Shown: positions 1-9,001 of the stretch, one piece after another
How the letters are laid out: the number at the start of each line of letters is the position of its first letter
Position numbering within the stretch: the stretch's first letter is position 1
Assembly (NCBI GenBank): GCA_009774375.1
Contig: VSNO01000005.1
Location: forward strand, 1,816 to 65,815
Direction: 5' to 3'
Length of the DNA: 64,000 nt
DNA from: Lachnospiraceae bacterium
Lineage (GTDB): Bacteria; Bacillota; Clostridia; Lachnospirales; Lachnospiraceae
Notes under the pieces: generated by a model
The model's input: the letters and a program-made list of their open reading frames with translations, nothing else
Told to the model about the DNA's origin: nothing
Databases searched by the model: none
Translations under genes and position numbers: made by a program

Positions 1-1169
1 TCCAAAAGCTTCTCCGATGCCTTCAGCACGCGCATGACTTCCGTCCAGCCGCCGACACTCATGGCGTTCTCGAACTCCTCTAAAACCTCCTTGTTCGGGA
101 TAAAGGCTTCCTTCCTCTCCGCGTCGTACGCGAGATATCCCAAATGGACCAGCAGCGTGAGCACATCGTCCTTCGTCTCGAATGTGCGCATATCATTCTT
201 AAAACTGCGCGTGTTCACCGTGACATGCCTGCCGTCCAGCATGTGCACGATATCCGACCGCAGACCGTCAAAGTCCATGTCCATATAGATCTTCAGCGCG
301 TCATAGACTTCCGTGGAGGTCCAGTAATTGGAAAAACCCTGACAGAGCATCGCCTCCACCACAGACTTCGGGTTATAGATATGATGAAACTTCCTGAACA
401 TATATCCGTCATACCAGCTCCCCATCTCGGTAAAATCCATGTCATACCTTTCGCACAGCGCTTTCACCTCAATCTCGGTAAAACCAGTATACTCCTCCAA
501 TACCCGCTGGTCTGTCATGGCGTACTCTGTAAACATATTCAGCGCGGAGTGTTGTCCGTATTTTTTCACCGGCAGGATTCCTGTCATATAGGCGAGCGCG
601 ACATAGGGCTGATCCTTCAAAAGATCCCGCAGAAAATCAAGATACTGCTTCTGCAGCGCCTCAGACTCCTGCCGCTCACGCATCACACAGTCCCACTCAT
701 CGACCAGAAAGATGAACTTCCTCTTCGTCCGGACATAAATTCTCTCAAGCGCCTCCGCCAGAACCATTATCGTTTCCGAAAACAAATCCCCATATTCTTC
801 CCTGAGATCCTCTACTACAACACGTTCCAGATATTCGATCACCTCCTGCTTCCTTGCCCGGATCAGAAACTGCTGCATATTCAGATAGATCACATCATAC
901 CGGTTCAGATGTTTCTCAAAAGTCTCATCACCCTCTATTTTCCGCCCCCTGAACAGATCCCGGGAGTCACAGCCGCAGCTATAGTAGGCATTGAGCATTT
1001 TCAGTGTCATGGATTTTCCGAAACGGCGCGGTCTGCTGACACACATATATTTTTGTTCTGTATTCATGTATCTGTTCGTATATGCGATCAATCCGGTCTT
1101 GTCCACATAGATCTCAGAGCGGGTCGATTCCCAGAAACCGTTGTTGTCCGGGTTCAGATAGATTCCCAT
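1..1169 (-). CDS. Predicted AAA-ATPase-like protein with likely C-terminal PD-(D/E)XK domain (C-terminus cut by window edge)
   Basis: Absent from the ORF track because it runs off the window edge. Manual minus-strand translation from ATG at 1169 gives MGIYLNPDNNGFWESTRSEIYVDKTGLIAYTNRYMNTEQKYMCVSRPRRFGKSMTL...FIFLVDEWD..., the signature N-terminus of the predicted AAA-ATPase / PD-(D/E)XK protein family. GGGAGG SD lies upstream. The 144..1316 plus ORF is its antisense shadow. Confidence 0.7.
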   Translation of the reverse strand, partial: MGIYLNPDNNGFWESTRSEIYVDKTGLIAYTNRYMNTEQKYMCVSRPRRFGKSMTLKMLNAYYSCGCDSRDLFRGRKIEGDETFEKHLNRYDVIYLNMQQFLIRARKQEVIEYLERVVVEDLREEYGDLFSETIMVLAEALERIYVRTKRKFIFLVDEWDCVMRERQESEALQKQYLDFLRDLLKDQPYVALAYMTGILPVKKYGQHSALNMFTEYAMTDQRVLEEYTGFTEIEVKALCERYDMDFTEMGSWYDGYMFRKFHHIYNPKSVVEAMLCQGFSNYWTSTEVYDALKIYMDMDFDGLRSDIVHMLDGRHVTVNTRSFKNDMRTFETKDDVLTLLVHLGYLAYDAERKEAFIPNKEVLEEFENAMSVGGWTEVMRVLKASEKLL

Positions 1170-1201
1170 AACAATGCCTCCCGTTTCTCACATTTTCCCT
1201 G

Positions 1202-2905
1202 TCACGCCATAAACGGGCTGCCCATCAGTTCGTCGCGCGCCACACCGACCGCGCGCTCCACGCTGCCCGGCTCAAACGGATCAGAGATGTTGGCGTACCG
1301 CAGTGTCTCGAGATAGCTCATGCTGCCGCCGCACTTACAGAGGTTTAAGTAATCCGCCCACGCGCTGTCATGATCCTCCCGCTCCTTCTTCTTGAACTCC
1401 ATCGCGCCCATCGTCGTGAGCGTGTAATTGATGTAGTACATCGGATAGAGATAGATGTGCAGCTTGTGATACCAGTACCCGCCCCTGTCAAAGAAATCAT
1501 CCGGCTCATACGCGCGCCACGGCATATATTTCTCCTCGAGCTTTTTCCACTCCAGCGTCCTCTCCTTCGGCGTCAGGCCGGGATTGGCATAACAGATGTG
1601 CTGGAACTCGTCGACCGCCACGCCAAACGGCACAAATGTGAGTGCCTCCTGCAGATGGGCAAAGCGGAACTTGTCCGCCTGATCCCCGAAAAAGCGCTCT
1701 GCATACGGATAGGCAAACTGCTCCATCGACATGGAATGGATCTCCGCGATATCCGTTGATTCCGAGTAATAGTCCGAGATCGGCTGGCTGCGCATCGCCA
1801 TGTATCCCGCAAAGGCATGCCCGAGCTCATGCGTCAGCACCTGCATGTCGAAGATCGTCTGATTAAAGCAGGAGAACACGTACGGCGCCTTGTAGCTTGG
1901 CAGATCTGTCATATACCCTGTCGACGCCTTGCCCGGCTTGTTCTTCAAGTCCATCAGCTCATGCCTGATCATGAAATCGATAAACTCCCCTGTCTCGGGA
2001 CTCATCTCATGGTACATCTTTGCGGCCTCACTGACCATGAAGTCATCATCGCCCGCCGGAACCGCGTTGCCGTCCGGAAAGACGCGCTTCTCATCATAAA
2101 ATGCAAAGTCCTTCACGCCGAGGCGCTTTGCCTGTGCCTCATACAGCTTCTGGCAGAGCGGCACGAGCACCGTGTGCACCTGCTCGCGGAAGGATTCCAC
2201 TTCCTTCTGGCCGTAATCGGTGCGCCCCTGCTCCATATAGGCCACCGGAATATAATTTTCATAGCCGAGATTGCGTCCCATCTCGTTCCGGATCCGGATC
2301 AGCTCATCCCAGATCTCTTCCAGGCGCGGCTCATTTTTGTGATAAAATTCCGAGTAGGCGCGGACGGCTCCTTTGCGCACCTCCCTGTCCTCGTGCTCAA
2401 AATACTTCTGCACGCCGTAGAGATTCAGCTCCTTGCCGTCAAACGGGATCTTCGCCGTCGCCATGATCTTCTGATACTCGTTGCAGAGCTTTGCCTCCCG
2501 CTGCATCAGCGGAATGTTCGCCTCACAGAATTTCTTTTTTGAGAGATCCATCCTGACAAAGAACTGCTTTCCATATTCTTTTTCAAAATCCGCGCGGAAC
2601 GGGCTGTTCATCAGCGCCTCGTCCACTGCCAGAAAGGAGGGCATGAGCGTAGGATATGTATTTTCTATATACTCATTCTCCTTCTCATAAAACGCGTCCG
2701 TAGTATCCAGTGTATGGCGCACATGCACGATCGTACAGGCTGTGGAGAAGTCCTTTCCCCGCTCATCGTACGCCAGCATGGCTTCCCGCGCCTGCGCATA
2801 GCTGCCCGCCTTCTCGATGCGCTCCTTCGTCTCTGCCGCAAACGCCGCGAATCCCTCGCAGTCCGGCCTCGTGTACTCCAGTGTTGAAAACTTGAAATCT
2901 TCCAT
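1202..2905 (-). CDS. pepF: M3-family oligoendopeptidase F
   Basis: Zinc motif THELGHAFAG (HExxH) and overall PepF-like sequence. Start moved to MEDFKFSTLEY (ATG 2905) because AAAGGAG SD lies 9 nt upstream; the track ORF extends to 2935. Confidence 0.9.
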   Translation of the reverse strand: MEDFKFSTLEYTRPDCEGFAAFAAETKERIEKAGSYAQAREAMLAYDERGKDFSTACTIVHVRHTLDTTDAFYEKENEYIENTYPTLMPSFLAVDEALMNSPFRADFEKEYGKQFFVRMDLSKKKFCEANIPLMQREAKLCNEYQKIMATAKIPFDGKELNLYGVQKYFEHEDREVRKGAVRAYSEFYHKNEPRLEEIWDELIRIRNEMGRNLGYENYIPVAYMEQGRTDYGQKEVESFREQVHTVLVPLCQKLYEAQAKRLGVKDFAFYDEKRVFPDGNAVPAGDDDFMVSEAAKMYHEMSPETGEFIDFMIRHELMDLKNKPGKASTGYMTDLPSYKAPYVFSCFNQTIFDMQVLTHELGHAFAGYMAMRSQPISDYYSESTDIAEIHSMSMEQFAYPYAERFFGDQADKFRFAHLQEALTFVPFGVAVDEFQHICYANPGLTPKERTLEWKKLEEKYMPWRAYEPDDFFDRGGYWYHKLHIYLYPMYYINYTLTTMGAMEFKKKEREDHDSAWADYLNLCKCGGSMSYLETLRYANISDPFEPGSVERAVGVARDELMGSPFMA

Positions 2906-2951
2906 CTTCTTATACTCCTTTATATTTTTATGCATACGGCCCTTGCATCTA

Positions 2952-3010
2952 CTAAGGAACTATTCAAAAACAGCCTGTGAAAGCTGTACATGTTATATCT
3001 GAACAGTTCC
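2952..3010. repeat. Intergenic motif copy 1: TAAGGAACTATTCAAAAA...GTACATGT...AGTTCC
   Basis: Shares a 17/18 core, GTACATGT and AGTTCC with 6701..6740. Both copies sit upstream of minus-strand genes. Confidence 0.5.
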
Positions 3011-3084
3011 GTGAAAGAACACTGCACTTACGTCCTCCTCGCCTCTACTAACCCGTGAAGAACGCCGCACTTGCGTTCTTCTTA

Positions 3085-3143
3085 TGTGAAGTTTTAGAAT
3101 TTCTTACCCTGTGTATTTTACAGGGTTAGAAATTCTCTTCACA
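3085..3143 (-). terminator. Long composite hairpin directly after the yitT-like stop codon
   Basis: TGTGAAG-ttt-TAGAATTTCTTACCCTGT-gtatttt-ACAGGGTTAGAAATTCT-c-CTTCACA, ~24 paired positions with one mismatch and a bulge. There is no clear U-tract. Confidence 0.5.
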
Positions 3144-3145
3144 TT

Positions 3146-4006
3146 TTATTCGTAAGGTCTCTGGTAAAAGCGCCCCGAGATCTGCTGTGTGTTGATGACG
3201 TTGACAAACGCCTTCGGATCGACCTCCTTGATCCCCTTGATGATATCCTTGCACTCCGCCCTCGACACGACAGAGTACACGATCTTGCGCTCCTGATGTT
3301 CGTAGGACCCCTCCGCCTCGATGATCGTGGCGCCGTGGTTGCTGTTCTTCGCGATCACCTCGTACACCCGCCTTGCATGGTTCGTCACCACCAGCAGCGT
3401 GTGCTTGCGGTATTGTTTGAAGAGCGTGCGCAGCACCTGCGTGGACGCGTACTGGAAAATGATCGAATACAGTGCCTTCTCCCAGCCAAACAGCAGTCCC
3501 GCGATCACCAGGAGGATCGCATTAAAGCCAAGGATCAGGTTGAACGAATCCATGCCCGTCTTTTCAGACAGAAAGATACTGATAAAATCCGTTCCGCCTG
3601 TCGTGGCGTTCATCATCAGACACAGGCTGATCGCAAACCCGTTGATGATCCCGCCAAACACACTGATCAGCAGCGTATCATAGACGATCGCCTGCGACGG
3701 CAGGACATCCGTCAGTATATTGGTCAGCATGATGCACAGACAGGAATAGAGCGTAAATTTTTTGCCGATGAACCGGAAACCGATATAGATCGGTATCAGA
3801 TTCAGCAAAAGATTGATCAATGTATACGGAAGCTCAAATCCAAAAAACATCTCAACAACCCGCTGGATCAGCAGCGTGAGTCCCGTCGCGCCGCCCGGAT
3901 ACAGACCGCCGGTCCGCACAAAAGTCTTAATGTTCAACGCCATGATCACCGATGCCAGACAGATGACGACGATCCGCTTCGCATCCTCCCTGTAATTGAA
4001 TTTCAT
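3146..4006 (-). CDS. YitT-family membrane protein (DUF2179 C-terminal domain)
   Basis: Multi-TM N-terminal part with GGTDF motif and a soluble C-terminal DUF2179-like end (ATIIEAEGSY...VNVINT). GGAGGA SD upstream. Confidence 0.85.
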   Translation of the reverse strand: MKFNYREDAKRIVVICLASVIMALNIKTFVRTGGLYPGGATGLTLLIQRVVEMFFGFELPYTLINLLLNLIPIYIGFRFIGKKFTLYSCLCIMLTNILTDVLPSQAIVYDTLLISVFGGIINGFAISLCLMMNATTGGTDFISIFLSEKTGMDSFNLILGFNAILLVIAGLLFGWEKALYSIIFQYASTQVLRTLFKQYRKHTLLVVTNHARRVYEVIAKNSNHGATIIEAEGSYEHQERKIVYSVVSRAECKDIIKGIKEVDPKAFVNVINTQQISGRFYQRPYE

Positions 4007-4033
4007 ATGTATTTTCCTCCATATCCTGCATTT

Positions 4034-6391
4034 TCATGAAAATATTATTTCTGTCCAGATGTTCTTTTGCAGTGTCCGTTCCGTGCGTCTGCCATGATAA
4101 ACAAATGTTCTCACCATGTCGCACCCACTGCAGATCCGCGCCTTTTCAAGCGCTCCATCTCTCCACACGATATCCATGCGCGCATTTCCGCGAACCCTGA
4201 CACCTGTTATTTTTCCGGTCCGCCACACTGCAGGCAGTGCCGGCAGCAGAACGATCCGCTCCGTATTGCTCTGCACCAGCATCTCGACCATCGCCGCGAT
4301 CGAACCGAAATTCCCGTCGATCTGAAAGGGCGGGTGATTGTCAAAGAGATTGGGCAGCGTCGACTTTATAAAAAGCTGACGCAGGTGCTCGTGCGCCCTC
4401 TCCCCGTCCCAGAGCTTCGCACAGTGGTTCATGATCCATGCGCGGCTCCAGCCGGTATGTCCTCCGCCGCCCTCCAGGCGCCTCTGCAGCGTGCGTTCTG
4501 CCGCCTCTGCAAGCTCCGGCGTACCGTCCCTTGTGATCTGATCCGACGGGTGCAGTCCGTACAGATGCGAGATATGTCTGTGCCCGGGCTCCTTCTCCTC
4601 ATACTCCCCGCACCACTCCAGGATCCTGCCGTCGCTCCCGATGCGCGTGGGGATCAGCCGCTCACACGCTCTGGCGATCTGCCTGTCAAGCTCATCGGAC
4701 ACGCCGAGCACCTCTGCCGCCCGGTTGCACTGACTGAATAGGTCACGCAGGATCTGGTTGTCCATCGTCACGCCGACCGAATTTGCGCCCTGTTCGCCGT
4801 TTGGCAATAGAAAAGTATTCTCCGGCGACACGCTCGGACAGGTACACAGATACGTCCTGCCATCGATCTCATATTCGATGCAGAAATCCAGGAAAAACTG
4901 AGCCGCCTCCCGCATGACCGGAAACATTTCCCGCAGGAAGCCCTCATCGCCCGTATACTCGTAATGTGTCCATATGTGCGTGCAGAGCCATGCGGCTCCC
5001 ATCACCCAGAAGCTGCCGGGGATCCACAGATCCTGCGGCGCCGTATCCCCCCAGATGTCCGTGTTGTGGTGTGCCACAAATCCCCGACACCCGTACATAA
5101 CTTCGGCAGTCCTTCTGCCGTTGGGCAGCATCTTTTTCAGCAGGTCAAAAAGCGGCAGGTGACAGTCCCCCAGATCACAGGACTCCGCAGGCCAGTAGTT
5201 CATCTCCGTATTGATATTGATCGTAAACTTCGCATCCCACGGGGCCTCCATATCCTTGTTCCACAGCCCCTGCAGGGTCGCCGGCAGTGTTCCCGGACGG
5301 CTGCAGCTGATGAGCAGATACCTGCCAAAATTAAAATACAACTGTTCCAGACTTAAGTCCGTTTTGCCGTCCGCGACTGCTGACAGGCATTGATCCGTCG
5401 TTTTCCGGGCAGTGCAGACATCGTCCGTATCCAGGTCAAATGTCAGGGACATCCTGTCAAAATATGACCTGTAATCATCCACATGGCTTTTCCTGAGCTC
5501 ACCATAACCTTTGAAAACCGCTTTCTCGAGCTTTTCTGTGAGCGCTTCCGCCAGCGCCTTCTTTTTTGCAAGGCTCTCCGTCAGACCTCCGCCGAGTCCT
5601 TCATCCGATCCATCACCGATGCCGGCCTGCAGCCGGTATGTCGTCAGCACACTCCAGTACAGACAGACCTCCGCAGCGTCACGAATGACAATGCTCTCGC
5701 CGATCACCTCGATCTTTCCGTCAGGACTTGCCGCCCTGCACATCATGGCATAATCCAGACCGTCGCGTCCCAGATTCCCGCCGAGCACGATACTGTCCGC
5801 CGAAGCCTTTTCCGAATACTCACAAATGTGGTGTCTTGACTGCATGATCTCGAGGCTCATCTTATTTTTCCCTCTGGCAGTCAGATGCATCACACACACG
5901 TCATCGGGCGCCGACATGAAGATCTCCCGGTCATACGCCGTGCCGTCCAACCGAAAGTGCGTGTAGCTGACCGCCTCGCCCACATTCAGCCCTCTCTCGT
6001 ACTCGCTGACCGCCTCCGCACAGGCCGCGCCTCCCAGATCATAATCGACCGTGATATCCCCGAGCGTCTGATAGATCCGCATGCCGGACGGCGTGCCGCC
6101 GATCGCCTGCTTACAGAGCCGCTCCGCCTCATGGATCCTTCCCGACAGGATCAGCCTGCGTATCTCGGGCAGCTTCTCTTTTGCGCTGGGATTGTTCCTG
6201 TCCATGGGACCGCCGTACCATACGGTATCCTCATTGATCTGGATCCGCTCACAGCCAACGTTCCCGAACACCATGCCGCCGATCCTGCCGTTACCGATCG
6301 GAAGCGCCTCATTCCAGTCCGCCGCAGGCTTGTCATACCAAAGTACGGTGCGGTTTTGTTTGCCGTCTTTTTGTCTCTCTCTGATATCCAT
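4034..6391 (-). CDS. Glycoside hydrolase family 95 (alpha-L-fucosidase-like)
   Basis: N-terminal LWYDKPAADWNEALPIGNGRIGGMVFG and ~785 aa length are typical of GH95. Start set at MDIRERQ (ATG 6391, GAGGAAA SD); the track ORF starts at 6409 without an SD. Confidence 0.85.
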   Translation of the reverse strand: MDIRERQKDGKQNRTVLWYDKPAADWNEALPIGNGRIGGMVFGNVGCERIQINEDTVWYGGPMDRNNPSAKEKLPEIRRLILSGRIHEAERLCKQAIGGTPSGMRIYQTLGDITVDYDLGGAACAEAVSEYERGLNVGEAVSYTHFRLDGTAYDREIFMSAPDDVCVMHLTARGKNKMSLEIMQSRHHICEYSEKASADSIVLGGNLGRDGLDYAMMCRAASPDGKIEVIGESIVIRDAAEVCLYWSVLTTYRLQAGIGDGSDEGLGGGLTESLAKKKALAEALTEKLEKAVFKGYGELRKSHVDDYRSYFDRMSLTFDLDTDDVCTARKTTDQCLSAVADGKTDLSLEQLYFNFGRYLLISCSRPGTLPATLQGLWNKDMEAPWDAKFTININTEMNYWPAESCDLGDCHLPLFDLLKKMLPNGRRTAEVMYGCRGFVAHHNTDIWGDTAPQDLWIPGSFWVMGAAWLCTHIWTHYEYTGDEGFLREMFPVMREAAQFFLDFCIEYEIDGRTYLCTCPSVSPENTFLLPNGEQGANSVGVTMDNQILRDLFSQCNRAAEVLGVSDELDRQIARACERLIPTRIGSDGRILEWCGEYEEKEPGHRHISHLYGLHPSDQITRDGTPELAEAAERTLQRRLEGGGGHTGWSRAWIMNHCAKLWDGERAHEHLRQLFIKSTLPNLFDNHPPFQIDGNFGSIAAMVEMLVQSNTERIVLLPALPAVWRTGKITGVRVRGNARMDIVWRDGALEKARICSGCDMVRTFVYHGRRTERTLQKNIWTEIIFS

Positions 6392-6409
6392 TTCCACTTT
6401 CCTCTGCAT

Positions 6410-6619
6410 TTATATAGATTTCTGTGCATCCAGCAGTGCCAGCAGCGCCTCCTCGCTCTCGCTCACCCAGGCGTCCTCCTCCTCCGCGTTCAGCCCCAGA
6501 TACTGTGCAAGCGTACACTCCTCATCACTCATGCCCCACTCATAGCTGTAGTCATCGATCGCCTCAAATTCGATCTCGCCCGCCAGATAGTGCTCCTTGA
6601 ATTTTTTTGTGCTGTCCAT
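6410..6619 (-). CDS. Small acidic hypothetical protein (69 aa)
   Basis: ORF MDSTKKFKEHYLAGEIEFEAIDDYSYEWGMSDEE... with GGAGGTG SD before ATG 6619. Its stop abuts the GH95 gene. No family recognised. Confidence 0.5.
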   Translation of the reverse strand: MDSTKKFKEHYLAGEIEFEAIDDYSYEWGMSDEECTLAQYLGLNAEEEDAWVSESEEALLALLDAQKSI

Positions 6620-6700
6620 GTCTGTCACCTCCAGTCCCTCTTCTCCATCTATCTTACCATAAACCCTCACGGAATTCTACTCAATAACGGTTGATTTCCT

Positions 6701-6740
6701 CTTAAGTAACTATTCAAAAATAAGCCGTACATGTAGTTCC
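6701..6740. repeat. Intergenic motif copy 2: TAAGTAACTATTCAAAAA...GTACATGTAGTTCC
   Basis: See copy 1. It lies ~80 nt upstream of the small acidic ORF / GH95 unit. Confidence 0.5.
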
Positions 6741-6790
6741 TAACCCGCAGTTGAGACAAAGCTGAACTAAATTTTTGTCTTGACAAGCCC

Positions 6791-6808
6791 AGACTATTGT
6801 GATAGTCT
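6791..6808. promoter_or_regulatory. Putative BlaI-type operator 1 (AGACTAT-TGTG-ATAGTCT)
   Basis: Perfect 7-bp inverted arms with a 4-nt centre, directly after a TTGACA hexamer (6780..6785) and ~60 nt upstream of the BlaI-like gene. Confidence 0.55.
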
Positions 6809-6820
6809 ACTTTTAACACC

Positions 6821-6838
6821 AGACTATCTCAATAGTCT
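6821..6838. promoter_or_regulatory. Putative BlaI-type operator 2 (AGACTAT-CTCA-ATAGTCT)
   Basis: Second copy of the same 7-4-7 palindrome, 30 bp from the first (three helical turns), 30 nt upstream of ATG 6868. Confidence 0.55.
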
Positions 6839-6867
6839 ACAAATTCTCAAACAAGGAGGTATCCATC

Positions 6868-7221
6868 ATGAAACTATTCGATTCCGAACTAAAAGTCATG
6901 GAAGTCCTGTGGGAACAGGAACCAAGATCCGCAAAAGAGATCGTGGATCTGCTCTCACAGCGCATCGGCTGGAACAAGAACACGACCTACACCGTCATCA
7001 GGAAATGTATCGAAAAAGGCGCCGTCGCGCGCGAAGAACCCGGATTTATCTGCAGGACGCTCGTGAGCCGCGACGAGGTCGCACAGAGTGAGACAGAACA
7101 ACTGATCGACAAGATGTTCGGCGGTTCGAGCGAACTCTTCTTCTCCTCTTTCCTCAAACATCAGGGAATCTCAGAGGAAGATGCCGCAAGGCTCGCAGAA
7201 ATGATCCGGGATTCAAAATAG
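6868..7221 (+). CDS. BlaI/MecI/CopY-family transcriptional repressor
   Basis: MKLFDSELKVMEVLWEQEPRSAKEIVDLL...NTTYTVIRKCIEKGAV is a typical penicillinase-repressor winged helix. AAGGAGG SD upstream. An M56 sensor gene follows. Confidence 0.9.
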   Translation: MKLFDSELKVMEVLWEQEPRSAKEIVDLLSQRIGWNKNTTYTVIRKCIEKGAVAREEPGFICRTLVSRDEVAQSETEQLIDKMFGGSSELFFSSFLKHQGISEEDAARLAEMIRDSK

Positions 7222-7324
7222 CGATCAGCCGACACCGCAGGATCGTTTGAACCCTGCAGGATCCCTTCAATATTTTCAGATTTAATTTTTAGATATCATT
7301 TTCAGATTCAGAAAGGAAAATACT

Positions 7325-9001
7325 ATGATAAGCTTTAAGATGAATATGCCATTTTATCTGATGATCTTCTATGGAAGCATCATGATCGTCGCTGTCCTGC
7401 TGCTGCGCGGACTTTTCAAGAACAGGCTTCCGAAATTCGTGTTTCCGGCGCTCTGGAGCGTCGTGCTGCTGCGCCTGCTGGTTCCGTTCACACTGAGCAG
7501 CCCGCTGAGCCTGAACGTGCCTGAATTTGCCTCCGGCTACCCCTTCACCACTGCCGTCTCACAGGCCATTTCCATCGATGAGGCCATCCCTGCCGAGCAA
7601 CCCGGACTGGAATCCGGCACTGCCGCCCTGTCGGAGATCGAGATCGCATCGACAGACATACAGGAGACGATCGTGCAGGAACAGCCCGGCAGCGCCGCGT
7701 ATTCCATCGACTATGGATACCTGATGCCCGATCTGTTTTCCCGCACAGATGTGATACTGTCCGTTTACGCTGCAGGCGTCCTCATCACGGCAGGCATCCT
7801 GCTCGCCCAGAAATACCGATATGCAAAGCTCCTGAAGAACGCACTGCTGATAGAACATAACGAGACGGTCAACACACTCCTGCGCGAGATGGATATGGGA
7901 CATGTTCTGGTGTTCACCAGCGATGAGATCGCCTCCCCGCTGGTGTGCGGCCTGCTCGCGCCAAAGATCTATCTGCCGACGCGGATCGACTTTGAGAACA
8001 CAGCGCTCCTGCGCCATATCCTCTGTCATGAGACCATGCATATCCGCCGGAAGGACAACTGGCTGAAATCCGTCATGCTCCTCACCCTCTGCATCCACTG
8101 GTTCAATCCGCTGGTCTGGATCCTGTCCCGCTATCTGGCATCCGACCTGGAGATGGCGTGCGATGAAACCGTCCTTCGCCAGTATGACCATGGCAGCGAG
8201 GCGGAAGAAAACAAAAAGAGCTACGCCATGAGCCTGCTCGCCATGGCCGTCTCGGGAAGCCGCCAGACGCTGCTCTACAGCGCATTCTCCAAAACCGAGG
8301 TCGAGAAGCGCATCCAGAATGTCCTGCACTACAGGAAAGCCTCCGCCCTGCTGCTGGCATTGTCCGTCTGCCTTCTGGTGAGCGGCTCCGTCGTCCTTGC
8401 CACAGGCGGACAGGCACCCTTTTATCAGACGCTAACTCCTTACTGCGCCTCCGATAGCTGCCGCTGGGGCGTGCAGGTCGATCTGACGCGGGATATCGCG
8501 CTGGGCAGGAACGCGGAGGACAGGGCGTCAGAACGCATATTCGACATCATGCGCGCAGATACCACTAATGATCCGGATATCCTCAAAGCCCAGATCCTGA
8601 CCGCGCTGTCCGAAGAGTTTCACGTCGAAAAGAGCGCTTTCTCCCTTCACATGTCGCTGTGCCTGAGCGATGAAATGTTCTATGATGAATACGCGGCATG
8701 GGGGCTTGTCCACAGCGACGAGAAGAACGACCTGACGCTGCTGTACAACGGCGAGAGCATACGCACTTTCTCTGACGAGATGATCGGGCGCTACATGTCC
8801 CAGCCGGAGGGCGCAGTCGACCTTACTGTCGAGCGGGACCGTCTCGGCGTGATCATCGCTGTCAACGCGTTCCACAAAGGAGATACCGCGTACGACCGCC
8901 GGACCGATGAACTCGCCCAGTCCAGCCGGAAATACGCGTCAGACATCTCGATCAATGAGAAAACACTGACAGGCGAGTGCACCGAGACAGCTATTCACTG
9001 A
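7325..9001 (+). CDS. BlaR1-like M56-family membrane metallopeptidase / signal transducer
   Basis: N-terminal TM helices and HExxH motif ILCHETMHIRRKDNW, paired with the BlaI-like gene. The C-terminal ~200 aa is not a recognisable penicillin-binding domain. Confidence 0.85.
   Translation: MISFKMNMPFYLMIFYGSIMIVAVLLLRGLFKNRLPKFVFPALWSVVLLRLLVPFTLSSPLSLNVPEFASGYPFTTAVSQAISIDEAIPAEQPGLESGTAALSEIEIASTDIQETIVQEQPGSAAYSIDYGYLMPDLFSRTDVILSVYAAGVLITAGILLAQKYRYAKLLKNALLIEHNETVNTLLREMDMGHVLVFTSDEIASPLVCGLLAPKIYLPTRIDFENTALLRHILCHETMHIRRKDNWLKSVMLLTLCIHWFNPLVWILSRYLASDLEMACDETVLRQYDHGSEAEENKKSYAMSLLAMAVSGSRQTLLYSAFSKTEVEKRIQNVLHYRKASALLLALSVCLLVSGSVVLATGGQAPFYQTLTPYCASDSCRWGVQVDLTRDIALGRNAEDRASERIFDIMRADTTNDPDILKAQILTALSEEFHVEKSAFSLHMSLCLSDEMFYDEYAAWGLVHSDEKNDLTLLYNGESIRTFSDEMIGRYMSQPEGAVDLTVERDRLGVIIAVNAFHKGDTAYDRRTDELAQSSRKYASDISINEKTLTGECTETAIH

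Noticed and set aside
144-1316. 390-aa plus-strand ORF at the left edge
   Set aside because: Its translation is rich in H, R, L, I and P with no recognisable motifs. The opposite strand encodes a clean AAA-ATPase-like protein with an SD, so this is an antisense shadow ORF typical of high-GC coding DNA.
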